Positions 28,445 through 41,234 of a stretch of DNA of 64,000 bases are shown here, piece by piece. The stretch is from Octopus vulgaris (lineage: Eukaryota): the NCBI GenBank assembly GCA_951406725.2, contig OX597838.1, positions 45,074,001 through 45,138,000 of the forward strand. Direction: 5' to 3'. Under the pieces are notes generated by a model. It saw only the letters and a program-made list of their open reading frames with translations. It did not search any database and was not told where the DNA came from. The position numbers and the translations under genes were made by a program. Numbering within the stretch: the stretch's first letter is position 1; the number at the start of each line of letters is the position of its first letter.

Positions 28445-28658
28445 TCAAATGTTGGCATTAGGCCAGCAATTTCAGGAAGAGGATAAATTGAGTACATCGA
28501 TTCCAGAGTTCAATTTTATGACACGTATTTTACGGACATCGAAAAGATGAAAGCAACGTTGACCTCGGTGGAATTTGAACTCAGAACGTAGAGACGGACG
28601 AAATGCCGCTAAGCATTTTGTCCGGCGTGCTTAACAATTCTGCCAGCTTGCCGCCTTA
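28445..28658 (-). mobile_element. SINE family B
   Basis: Reverse complement of the 15910 head (CTGCCAGCTTGCCGCCTT at the right end). Confidence 0.7.
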
Positions 28659-30325
28659 AAAGTTATAAAGAATAGCGTGTAAAATGTTGGGCTAATAACC
28701 CTTTGGATAGAAAAAGTCGAAGGCTGCTCGTGGGAGTCGAATCCCAATATTTTACTCGCTATTATTGACAGCATTGTTTTCTTCCAATACTTTAGTTAAA
28801 AATGTATTATTTCATACCTAATCTGTTGACATTTCCTTAGTTTTTAATATATAGACTCCACTTAATTTTTTTCTCAATCAAGCCTAGTTTCATTTTATTC
28901 CTTTCGACAGTTAATTAGAATGCTTAATAGCTTTTGGCTCCTTTTCTGACAAACGTAAAACTATGACCTCCATATCTTCCTTCTGAGAATGTAAAACATC
29001 GAGTCTAAAAATGAAAATTTCATTATACTAATTTAAAATATTTAACCCTGAGCATAACATGGTTTAAGGTATAAGGATTTCAAAAAGAGACTTTAAGAAA
29101 TTGTCGGAGGAAAAGAAGACGATTAAAATGAAGAAATGAAAGAAAAATGGAATGAATATAAATTTGAAAGAAAACAAAAATAATTTAAATTCTTCAACCT
29201 GAGTTATACGAGGAGCAGATAAATCACTTTATTACAAGTGGAAACCTTGGTTTCGACGATGCTTTACTGCTTTTAGCTTACATTTTATTCAGCCAGGATA
29301 CGAAATATATTTTATTCTATGGAGTTTCTGATTGAATTTGTATATGCTGAGGCGTGTGAAGTCATGCACACTCAATTACACACACACATACACATACACA
29401 CACACACACATATATACACACATATATATATATACATATATATTTACACACACACAGCTGTATGAGCAGCAAGCAGTGTTTAGACATTAGCGAACTTCAT
29501 GTTAGTTAAAATGTTTGTGACATATTTCAACTTCTAAAAGGCAAATTCACTGCAGTTACCACAGAGGAAAAATCTCTTATTGTTAAAAGTGTAAAGACAC
29601 CATATCTGACCTGTGCTGCGCCCTGTCGGATTCCCAGAGATGTTTCTAGCTCTTTAGTCGATATCAATGGGAAATGCCGAAGAAAGGCAACTCTGGATAG
29701 ACTTAAAGCTGTAGCTTTAGCTAAAACACAGTCAACAACATTCTCTGAGTTAGGCCATTGTACCGACCAATTCAGAAGAAGATAGCGGAGTACCACCGAC
29801 AAACAGTGATTAGGCAGCGCACAGTTTGAAGAGAATTAGAGAGTTTGCTAAAGGGGTGAGTAAAAACATGTAATAGTACAAATATAAATAAATATAAAAC
29901 AACTAGTAATAATAATAGCTATCCCGATGGAGTGGGACATGATATGAATAAGAAGAGGTATGTAGTGAACGCTTGTATATCTAACAGTTTGAATAAAAAC
30001 AATAATTGAGGTAATTGTTATCAAGTTACCTACCTATGAATTTAATGAACTGAGCAGGGAATTTGGTACGATCGTTTCACGCTACATCATTTTATTAAAC
30101 ATTGTAAGTATTACAACAGTTTTAAAATGTTGAGCAATCATCAGCCATTTATAGAGATTTTCCATTTATACATATTTTCATATTAATTGATAACATTATA
30201 AAGAGGGTAGATATATAGACAGAGATGTCGATTTGAATGTTAACAACAATATGTATGGATAACACCATACATAATTCTGGTGCATCTAACTTAAGTACCA
30301 TATCCATTTCAATCATATATATATG

Positions 30326-31672
30326 AGGCTGCCTAACACAGCTCCTGCAACACTATGACTGGGTGTTGAAACAGCTACTAAATGGCTCAAATGTGGATGT
30401 AATATATCTCGACTTTGCAAAAGCCTTTGATAAGGTCGAGCATGGTATGATCTGTCACAAACTGCGTGGTCTCGGCATAGGCGGAAAACTTGGAGAATGG
30501 CTGTACAACTTCCTAAAAGACAGAAAACAGGCAGTTGTGAGCAATGGAGCCACCTCCAAGGAAACGCAAATAACAAGCGGTGTCCCACAGGGCACTGTCT
30601 TGGGGCCACTGATGTTCATAGTGGCCCTTTCAGACATGCCTTCAGTTGCTACGATGACCACCCTTGCTAGCTATGCAGATGACACAAAAGTCTCCCACGC
30701 AATACAAAACCCTGAAAATATTGCGCATCTGCAACATGAGCTGGACACAATATACAGGTGGGCTGAGGACAACAACATGCAGTTTAATGCAGGTAAGTTC
30801 CAGGCCCTGCGCTACTGGCACACAAAGGTAAACGACGTGCAGACTGGATACACTGGCCCAGGAAGAATTGCAATCCCTGAGTCAAAATCAGTGCGTAACC
30901 TGGGCATTGACATGAGCAATGATGCATCTTTCCAAGTGCATATTGCTAATCTGGTGATAAAATGCAGACGGCTAGCTGGATGGATTCTCCGAACTTTCAG
31001 AACAAGAGAAAAAGAGACGCTGATGGTCCTATGGAAAACTTTCGTCCTCAGCCGCTTGGACTACTGCTCCCAACTGTGGTCACCACACAATATAAAACTA
31101 ACAGCAAAACTTGAAGCAATTCAGAGAAGCTACACAAAGAAAATCGTCTCAATGCAAAATATCAGCTACTGGGAAAGACTGAAGGTATTAAACATCTTCT
31201 CCCTAGAGCGGAGGCGGGATAGATATGCGGTGATATACATCTGGAAAATCCTGGAGGGTCTTGTCCCAAACTTTGGCATTCAAAGTTACCCCAACCGCAG
31301 AACGGGGCGCCACTGTATGGTGCCAAGGATTCCAACATCACCATCAAAATACAGGTCCAGATACTGCAACAGCTTGGGTTTCAGAGGACCACAGCTCTTT
31401 AACATCATCCCTAAATGCCTGAGAGACTTACATGGTGTGGATGTGGGTTTCTTTAAAACTAAACTGGATCTCTTCTTGTCGGGAGTCCCATATGAACCTA
31501 CCTCACGACGAGAGACGCGGATGCGGGCAGCAGCATCGAACTCCCTTGTTGATCAAGTGCCACGTATCAGAGGTGGATTCACAAATTAGTGTAGCTCATT
31601 CAGCGGTGGTGCCCCAGCATGGCCGCGGCCTTCGGGCTAATACATTTTTAAGGATTTAAGGATTTTAAGGAT
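30326..31672 (+). mobile_element. 5'-truncated CR1-group LINE; RT C-terminal ORF 30363-31589 is open
   Basis: YLDFAKAFDKV, SGVPQGTVLGP, YADDTK, LERRR. 3' motif GGTGCCCCAGCATGGCC and a (TTAAGGA)n tail. Flanked by TA repeats. Confidence 0.93.
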
Positions 31673-31734
31673 ATATATACACATATATATATACATATAT
31701 ATACATATATATATATATACACATATATATATAC

Positions 31735-31777
<43 letters not shown>

Positions 31778-31814
31778 TATATACACATATATATACATAT
31801 ATATACATATATAT

Positions 31815-32219
31815 GTAGGAGTGGCTGTGTGGTAAGTAGCATGCTAACCAACCACATGGTTCCGGTTTCAGTCCCACTGCGTGGCATCTTGGGCAAGTGT
31901 CTTCTGCTATAGCCCCGGGCCGACCAATGCCTTGTGAGTGGATTTGGTAGACGGAAACTGAAAGAAGCCTGTCGTATATATGTATATATATGTATGTGTG
32001 TTTGTGTGTCTGTGTTTGTCCCCCTAGCATTGCTTGACAACCGATGCTGGTGTGTTTACGTCCCCGTTACTTAGCGGTTCGGCAAAAAAGAGACCGATAG
32101 AATAAGTACTGGGCTTACAAAGAATAAGTCCCGGGGTCGATTTGCTCGACTAAAGGCGGTGCTCCAGCATGGCCGCAGTCAAATGACTGAAACAAGTAAA
32201 AGAGTAAAAAGAGTAAAGA

Positions 32220-32221
<2 letters not shown>
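31815..32221 (+). mobile_element. Full-length SINE family A
   Basis: tRNA-like A/B boxes (TGGCTGTGTGG, GGTTTCAGTCCC), internal microsatellite, LINE-like tail, (TAAAAGAG)n end. Confidence 0.9.
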
Positions 32222-32257
<36 letters not shown>

Positions 32258-32264
<7 letters not shown>

Positions 32265-32475
32265 AATATGTTACATTACTCGATAGTCAAGATAAAACTC
32301 TGAGTTTCAGATGCCGAAGTGGGAATCCACGACATCTCTTCGGTTATCTGGCTATTTGAAAAACCTTTTTTTTCAAATAGCCAGATAACCGAAGAGATGT
32401 CGTGGATTCCCACTTCGGCATCTGAAACTCAGAGTTTTATCTTGACTATCGAGTAATGTAACATATTATTGTATA
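32258..32475. repeat. Perfect ~105-bp-arm palindrome carrying a U4C HHR-like motif (32383-32442 +, 32290-32349 -)
   Basis: AGATAA-CCGAAGA-GATGTCG..CGGCATC-T-GAAA-CTCAGAG-TT-TTATCT. Confidence 0.8.
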
Positions 32476-32542
32476 GATAAATTCCTCTATTTACATAATA
32501 TTGAGGTCTCTTTCTTTCTTTTGTTATCTTACCGTTTTACCA

Positions 32543-32597
<55 letters not shown>

Positions 32598-32619
32598 AAC
32601 ATATATATATGTATGTATA

Positions 32620-32998
32620 CTCTTACTCTTTACTCTTTTACTTGTTTCAGTCAATTGACTGCGGCCATGCTGGAGCACCGCCTTTAATAAGCCCAGTACT
32701 TATTCTATCGCTCTCTTTTGCCGAGCCGCTAAGTCACGGGGACATAAATACACCAGCATCGGTTGTCAAGCAATGCTAGGGAACAAATACAGACACACAA
32801 ACACACACACGCATATATATATATATACATATATACGACGGGCTTCTTTCAGTTTCCGTCTACCAAATCCACTCAGAAGGCTTTGGTCGGCCCGAGGCTA
32901 TAGTAGAAGACACTTGCCAAAGGTGCCACGCAGTGGGACTGAACCCGGAACCATGTGGTTGATAAACAAGCTACTTACGACACAGCCACTCCTGCGCC
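32620..32998 (-). mobile_element. SINE family A
   Basis: Reverse complement of 31815-32221 with an internal deletion. Confidence 0.88.
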
Positions 32999-33096
32999 TT
33001 GTGTATAATAAAAAAAAACGAAGAAAAACCACAAGAAAAAAATCAACGTGGTACATGCAAAGTATTAAAAGACGCTCGGGGAAGGAAAGAAAGGAA

Positions 33097-33131
33097 GTTT
33101 TACGTTTCGAGCAAAGATCTTCTTCAGAAAC
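33097..33131 (-). ncRNA. Minimal HHR motif (one stem II mismatch)
   Basis: GTTT-CTGAAGA-A-GATC-TTT-GCTC-GAAA-CG-TA-AAAC. Confidence 0.6.
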
Positions 33132-34242
33132 AGGAAACAGAGAAAAGACTAAGAGAAAAGGAAGACGAAGGAAAAAAATGGCCAACGATCCGCATGTATT
33201 TACATGCATATATTCACAGGTACGTTGGTATAGCTAAGTCTTCTTGCCTATCCCTCATTTGCCACTTAACAACCGATATTGGCTTGTTTACGACTTGTAA
33301 CGTAATAATCCGGCAAAAGAAACCGACAGAATAAGAACCAGACTGAAAAACAAGTACTAGATCGATTCGTTCGACTGGGACCTCGAAGTTTTACCCTTGC
33401 GTAGCTGCAGACCAATTTGCTGAAACTAGGGACAGGTAAAAGTTAAAAGTTGGAATTGTCTAAAATAAATTAGTGAAAATGAGCTTTTATGGTACATAAA
33501 TGTTTTTATACTTGGGTGCGGTGCGACGAAACAATTTTGACCTCCAAATCTAAAGGCGAGAATACTAAAAAGGAAAACAGAAATGAATGAAAGATATAGA
33601 GTTCACAGCGTTTAATTAACTAAATCGTTAAAATGCTGACAAATAAAAAAACTTGTCAGATACAATAAATAAGGTGTCTACCGTCAGTTCCAAGTTCAAA
33701 AATATATTTAAAAAAACACGAAAGAAAGAAATGGAAAAGATGGAATACACTTAATGATCGATGAGAATTTTCGAAACTGACAATTACTGAAATCTTGGTA
33801 AATCACACACAGACACGTATGTATAAACATGTCCCCACGTCCGTGCACGCAAGCACGAACACGCAACCATACAAAAAGATAATCTATTGCCCTACAGGTT
33901 CGAAAATGGCATTGAAAAATATGTTATTTGCATTTAGTTTATGTGTATTTTGAAGAGTTTTAGAAAAGAAAATCAAACTAGTTATCACAAATAGTGATAA
34001 CTCTTTGAAAAGAAAAGAAAAAAAGGAAAACGAAATGTGATGTTTGTGACGTTACTCTTCGTTTGCCTTTCGAACCACAGAATGAGAGAACCTTCGATTT
34101 AATCTAGCAGCAGCTCCAAATTTAACGTGTGTTTATATATGTGTGTGTGTGTGTGTGTGTGTCTGTCTGCATGGAAATGTATATGTATGTGTGTGTGTAT
34201 ATATATAGATGTATTTGTTGTTACATGTACATATAAATAATA

Positions 34243-34312
<70 letters not shown>

Positions 34313-34769
34313 TACATGTGTATATGCATGTTTGTGTGTTTGTTTGTATGTGTTTGCGTGTGCGTATATGAGTGTGTATGTCTGCCTGTGACTGTGCGAG
34401 GCATTTATGATAGAGTGTTGAATTGAAATTGTCGAGTGATTCCTTTGGGGAACATAAACCAAACACTATAAATGATTTGTGGGCCACGTCAACGTTTCTC
34501 ACATCCTAAAATCTTCTTGGCCCTATATATTAATAAATATTGAAACAAAAAAGACGAGGGAGAGATTCCTGTGAGCAAGACCGACTAGTTGTGAGTAGCT
34601 GCTAAATCGACCACACCGTCTTTGAATAGAGAAGGATATATTAATCAATGTGGGTCTTAATTACCCAAAAGACATAACATTTACATATTTGCATACCGGA
34701 TAAAATAGTTTTTAATCATTTGTTGAAACAAGAATGAACCGGAGCTTATACAAAGAGTGCATACACATG

Positions 34770-34940
34770 CGCAGGAGGGGCTGTGTGCTAAATAGCTTGC
34801 TTACCAAGCACATGGTTCCGGGTTCTGTCCCACTGCGTGCCATCTTGCGCAAGTGTATTCTACTATAACTTCGGGACGACCAAAGCCGTGTGAGTGGAAT
34901 TGGTAGATGGAAACTGTAAGAAGCTCGTCCTGTATATATT

Positions 34941-35019
<79 letters not shown>

Positions 35020-35245
35020 GTGTGTGTGTCTGTATGAGTCTATGGATGTGTGTTTGTCTGCCTGTGTTTGTTCACAAACATCGCTTCACAACCGACGGTA
35101 GTGTGTTGACGTCCCCGTAATGTAGTGGTTCGGCAAAAGAGACCGATAGAATAAGTACTAGGCTTACAAAGAATAAGTACTGGGGTCAACTAAAGGCGTT
35201 GCCCCAGCACGGCTGCAGTCAAATGACTGAAACAGATAAAAGAAT
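34770..35245 (+). mobile_element. SINE family A
   Basis: Homologous to 31815-32221. Confidence 0.85.
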
Positions 35246-35257
35246 ACATATGCATAC

Positions 35258-35302
<45 letters not shown>

Positions 35303-35304
35303 TG

Positions 35305-35411
<107 letters not shown>

Positions 35412-35432
35412 GTGTGTGTGTGTATGTGTGTG

Positions 35433-35755
35433 AGGGCGCGTGGCTTAGTGGTTAGGGCATCCGGCTCGTGATCGTAAGGTTGTAAGTCCGATTCCTAGCG
35501 ACGTGTTGTGTTCTTGAGCAAGACACTTTATTTCACGTTGCTCCAGTCTACTCAGCTGGCAAAAATGAGTAGTACCTGTATTTCAAAAAAGGGCCAGCCT
35601 TGTCTCACTTTCTGTCACACTGAATCTCCCCGAGTGCTACGTTAAGCGTACACGTGTCTCTGGAGTGCTCAGTCACTTGCACGTTAATTTCACGAGCAAG
35701 CTGTTCTGTTGATCGTATCAGCTGGGACCCTCGTCGTTGTAACCGACGGAGTGCT

Positions 35756-35757
<2 letters not shown>
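35433..35757 (+). mobile_element. tRNA-derived SINE family C
   Basis: Head GGCGCGTGGCTTAGTGGTTAGGG...CGATTCC. Relatives at 36385-36606 (-), 50855 (+), 54455-54670 (-), 61150-61460 (-). Confidence 0.75.
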
Positions 35758-35796
<39 letters not shown>

Positions 35797-35798
<2 letters not shown>

Positions 35799-36007
35799 TC
35801 TTATACTTGTTTCAGTCATTTGACTGTGGCCATGCTGGAGCACCGCCTTTAGACGAGCAAATCGACCCCAGGACTTATTCTTTGTAACCCCAGTACTTAT
35901 TCTATCGGTCTCTTTTGCCAAACCGCTAAGTTACGGAGACATAAACACACCAGCATCGGTTGTCAAGCAATGTTGGGGGGACAAACACAGACACGCAAAC
36001 ACACACA

Positions 36008-36067
<60 letters not shown>

Positions 36068-36375
36068 CAGGGCTTACATTACATACACATATATTAGAAT
36101 TTTCTCTGACTCCTCAGATTTTTGTATGCTGGACTACTGGTTTTAAATTGATATTAAAATTAATATTAATTTATCTCCCTCATTATTATTTATATATATA
36201 TATACATATATATATACGACAGGCTTCTTTCAGTTTCCGTTAACCAAATTCACTCACAAGGCATTGGTCAGCCCGGGGCTATAGCAGAAGACACTTTCCC
36301 AAGGTGCCACGCAGTGGGACTGAACCCGGAACCATGTGGTTGGTAAGCAAGCTACTTACCACACAGCCACTCCTG
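35797..36375 (-). mobile_element. SINE family A, interrupted within its internal (TA)n by a ~125-bp insert
   Basis: Tail at 35797, head at 36375, foreign sequence at 36063-36190. Confidence 0.8.
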
Positions 36376-36621
36376 CTGTATATGTCGCCCATGCATACCG
36401 GCCTCCCCTCTCAACGTCACCGATGTTGTCCAAGGGAAAGGCAAGGGCCGATACAGCTTGGCACTAGTGACGTCGCAACTCATTTCTACAGCTGAGTGAA
36501 ATAAAGTGTCTTGCTCAAGAACACAACACGCAGCCCGGTCCAGGATTCGAGCTCACAACCTCACGATCGTAAGCTCGACGCTCTAACCACTGAGCCACGC
36601 GCCTTCACTGTATATATATGT

Positions 36622-36702
<81 letters not shown>

Positions 36703-37253
36703 AATATATATACACAAATATATATACACAAATATATATACACAAATATCAACACACAAAAATATTTTTTCTTCTCCACTTCCTCCCTTATTTTTATTTT
36801 TATTTTTATTTTTATTTTTTTATTTTTTATTCTTTATATTTTTATTTATTCTTTATATTTTTTTATTTTATTTTTTATTTTTTGTTTTTATTTTATTTTA
36901 TTTTTTTTAATTTTTTAATTTTTTAATTTTTTATTTTTATTATTATTATTTTATTTTCCCTTTTCTCTTTTTGTCTCTCTCCCCTTCTCCAAACACACAG
37001 ACACACACACACACATACACACACAAACACACACACACGCACACAAAAACACACACAGACACACAGAGACACACACACACACACACCTCCACAGAATGAT
37101 CATAGAAAGTGTGACCCCAAATGACATTTGCCAGGCCAACCTATGCACAACACACACTCAGTGACATTGAAATGGACAGCCAAAGTTCTTATAAAACCAC
37201 AGGGGGTCCAGCAGACCAACGGAAATAACACTTCTTCACTCTCAGATATAAAT

Positions 37254-37331
<78 letters not shown>

Positions 37332-37568
37332 TTTCTCTCTGTCTCACTTCCTCCTCACCCACTACTACGAAACTATAAAAAGGTTCAAACTACCCACAAC
37401 TGATTTGATTTGAAAACCCACTAGAATGGGAGCAAGCGCTAATCCAAATGATATGATATATATGTAAAAAATGTAATATATAAATAAATATCTACAAATA
37501 TGAACCATCTGATCTGATTACCTCAATTTTTCTAATATATAATACCTGTACATCATCTCCAAACCTTC

Positions 37569-37733
<165 letters not shown>

Positions 37734-38039
37734 GGGGTTGTGTGATTGTGTATAGAGAGATGTATATTATTCAAAGAAATTCCAACTCTGCTTCTTATGT
37801 TTTATTTATATTCTTTATAATATTAATGAAGAATATAGTATATATAGTATAAATAATATATATATATATATAGTGTAAAATGAAATGAAGTATTGATTGT
37901 CTTATTGAATAGATGGAATATTGAATATCAAATATTAAGGGACTAGTATACTTTCTTGCACTTCAGCAGTCTTCAAGGTCCCATGTTATGACAGGAATGA
38001 CACACACTAACTAAACATAGTCACACATAGAGGTATACG

Positions 38040-38300
38040 CATGCGCAAATAAAGACATACAATAGGAATACAAAATACAAAATGGCTGACCGTTAGTAAG
38101 GAGAGACACACAAATAAGAAAGAAGAAAGCAAAGGGCCACTGATGAGGTCACAGAACTGTGACGAAAGAACTCTGGCCGAAATAAGAATAAGATTAATGT
38201 AAAAAATAAATAAAGCTGGAGCATTTTAACACCAATTATATAGTGCGTGTGTTTCTATCGGCTAAACTGGCAAAATGACCATTCCTAAATACAACAATAT
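38040..38300 (+). mobile_element. Diverged PLE pLTR fragment with a canonical HHR (38135-38178)
   Basis: GGCCA-CTGATGA-G-GTCACAG-AA-CTGTGAC-GAAA-GAAC-TC-TGGCC. Homologous to 60550-60800. Confidence 0.82.
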
Positions 38301-38728
38301 ATATGTGTATATATATATATATGAGGGGTTTCGTTCACTGCTGATCTAAACGGATAGTTAAGCTGCGTAAGTGCAATAACTGGTCATCGGTCAGGCTCCA
38401 AGTTCACACCTTAAGCTGCAGCTAGGGATTCGTTGTAGGCTTCCGAGTGAGCAGGTATATATTGGAGGAAAAGGATAGTAGAAACGAAGTCAAGATGAGT
38501 GTCTCAAGCCGTTTATCGTTGTCATTGCCTGTAACATATGATCATAATATGCTTGCATATGTATGCCCAGGGTTAAACATGGTTAATTACACCGGTTAAT
38601 TATCACTTAGACGATTATGCCAACCTCTAACTCTACTAGCCTATACATACATAATTGCATAAATACATATATATATACTTATATATGTATGTATATGTAA
38701 ATATATATGTATATAAATATGTATATAT

Positions 38729-39750
38729 ATCGTGACGTATTTTTGCCCTTTCAATATGGCTAACCCTTAAGGGTGGATGCTACTGTAGTTTTTAACCCCA
38801 GGAGGACACACTCCTCCAGCTGGCCATAGACACACTATCTGTGTCCTGTCAGTATTTGCAAAGGGAAGTCATCCTTCCCGTCTTCAACTTATGATACACA
38901 CGGACTCGAGTTTCGAGGTATTGACCTCTCGTCAGCGTGTGACAATCATAGTTGTCGCCGAGAATAAGATTTCCTTCACAAATACTTATACTTTTTCCAG
39001 CGTCCACTGTCGCTGTATATAACTCACTTTGATATTTATCATTGTTTGATTTCACTTTTTCAATATCAGCGACAGTGGACGCTGGAAAAAGTATAAGTAT
39101 TTGTGAAAGAAATCTTATTCTCGGCGACAACTATGATTGTCACACGCTGACGAGAGGTCAATACCTCGAAACTCGAGTCCGTGTGTATCATAAGTTGAAG
39201 ACGGGAAGGATGACTTCCCTTTGCAAATACTGACAGGACACAGAAAGTGTGTCTATGGCCAGCTGAAGGAGTGTGTCCTCCTGGGGCTAAAAACTACAGT
39301 AGCATCCACCCTTAAGGGTTAGCCATATTGAAATGGCAAAAATACGTCACGATGTGTTACCGCTACTGTATATAACTCACTTTGATATTTATCATTGTTT
39401 GATTTCACTTTTTCAATATCAGCGACAGTGGACGCTGGAAAAAGTATAAGTATTTGTGAAGGAAATCTTATTCTCGGCGACAACTATGATTGTCACACGC
39501 TGACGAGAGGTCAATACCTCGAAACTCGAGTCCGTGTGTATCATAAGTTGAAGACGGGAAGGATGACTTCCCTTTGCAAATACTGACAGGACACAGATAG
39601 TGTGTCTATGGCCAGCTGGAGGAGTGTGTCCTCCTGGGGCTAAAAACTACAGTAGCATCCACCCTTAAGGGTTAGCCATATTGAAATGGCAAAAATACGT
39701 CACGATGTGTTACCGCTATTGTATATAACTCACTTTGATATTTATCATTG
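38729..39750. mobile_element. Retrozyme-like array A: 353-bp unit, one inverted partial copy + about 2.1 tandem copies
   Basis: Units start at 39014, 39367 and 39720. Inverted arm 38729-39015. One HHR per unit. (TA)n flanks. Confidence 0.9.
39141..39185 (+). ncRNA. Type I hammerhead ribozyme (copies also at 39494-39538 + and 38897-38941 -)
   Basis: CACACG-CTGACGA-GAGG-TCAATA-CCTC-GAAA-CTCGAG-TC-CGTGTG: perfect stems I and II, palindromic stem III, GUC cleavage triplet. Confidence 0.93.
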
Positions 39751-39875
39751 TATGTATATATATATATAGAAATTCGGGGTGAGTACTTGATAATTATAAG
39801 CACCTGTGTAAACCGTTTGGTGGTGTAGGTGGTGGAGTAAATTGATCAAAATAAAAACATGATGCCAAGGATTCA

Positions 39876-39953
39876 GCGGTACATATGTTTCGGGCTTTTA
39901 TTAGACAGATTTATAACAATGCATAATGTATGTCTGTGGCCTTCTTCAGCCGC
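39876..39953 (-). ncRNA. Type I HHR in foldback insertion 39857-40060 (mirror copy 39967-40040 + lacks its stem I 5' strand)
   Basis: GCGG-CTGAAGA-AGGC..GCCC-GAAA-CATATG-TA-CCGC. Confidence 0.8.
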
Positions 39954-40058
39954 GCACAACAGCTTCCTGAAGAAGGCCACAGACATACATTATGCATTGT
40001 TATAAATCTGTCTAATAAAGGCCCGAAACATATGTACCGCTGAATCCTTGGCATCATG

Positions 40059-40122
<64 letters not shown>

Positions 40123-40126
40123 ATAG

Positions 40127-40158
<32 letters not shown>

Positions 40159-40223
40159 GATAGATAGATGGATAGATAGATAGATAGATAGATAGATACA
40201 TAGATTGATAGATAGATAGATAC

Positions 40224-40318
<95 letters not shown>

Positions 40319-40326
40319 GACAGAGA

Positions 40327-41130
40327 TATATGTTTCTTTATTAGCCACAGAGGGCTGCACACAGACAGGACAAATTACAATGTAGAGCTTTTCTTTTGGG
40401 GGTAAAAAAGGGGGTTTGGTTTTCGATCAAAAGGGATGGTAAAAGGAAAGAAAGAGGACAAAAAAAGGGGGGGATTAAAAAAAGAAAAAAAAGGGGAAAG
40501 GAAAAAAAATTGATCAATAGGGATCGTTATCATAGAAATGTCTCTTGCCGAGAGTCGTGGTAGGCTGTGCAGGTAGGCACTGAAGTTCACCCTGCGTTCA
40601 CGCTCGCCACTCGTCCCGTACAGTAGGGCAAAGTTCCGCTGAAACATCTCGCACATCTTGCTGGGCTCGAGCAATTCGCGCCCGTGTTCATCTACCAGAG
40701 ACCGAATGGTGACTTTGTTGCCCTGCTGCGCCTCCACCACCCGGGCCTCCCTCGCGGCTCCAACACCTTCCATCCTTAGGGCACGCATCCTAGCCCTGAC
40801 AGCACACCCTTCGTGTTTGGAGTTGAAGTGTTGGTCAAGGGCCAACCTCGCCGCCAAAACGTCGGATGTGATGCCGCTTCTTATTGCCTCTTCTAACTTC
40901 TTAACTAACTCACCCTCTACTCTATTTCTTTCTACGGCTAGTGCCTTGCTATATCTAATTGCTTCCGCTTTTACTGCTCTCTTGAGGGCGAACCACCATT
41001 TGTTGTTGACAATGGCTCCCGTTAAAGCCCTTTTTACTAACGTGTTGATTCTGTCTCTGAAAACCTGTCTGGATGGGAAAGATGCGTTCAGTTTCCAGTA
41101 ACCAGGACCCTGTCTATATGCCTTATCTAA
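40327..41130 (-). mobile_element. Internally deleted, 5'-truncated Tx1-like LINE, copy 4
   Basis: 3'UTR (40327-40540) fused to the post-APE region (GPGYWKLNAS..., ARLALDQHF, LPRLS). (GATA)n on both sides. Confidence 0.9.
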
Positions 41131-41149
41131 ATAGATAGATAGATAAATT

Positions 41150-41234
<85 letters not shown>

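Noticed and set aside
29527-29802. Possible host exon (open on both strands for about 85 codons)
   Set aside because: No recognisable homology or convincing splice-site pair.
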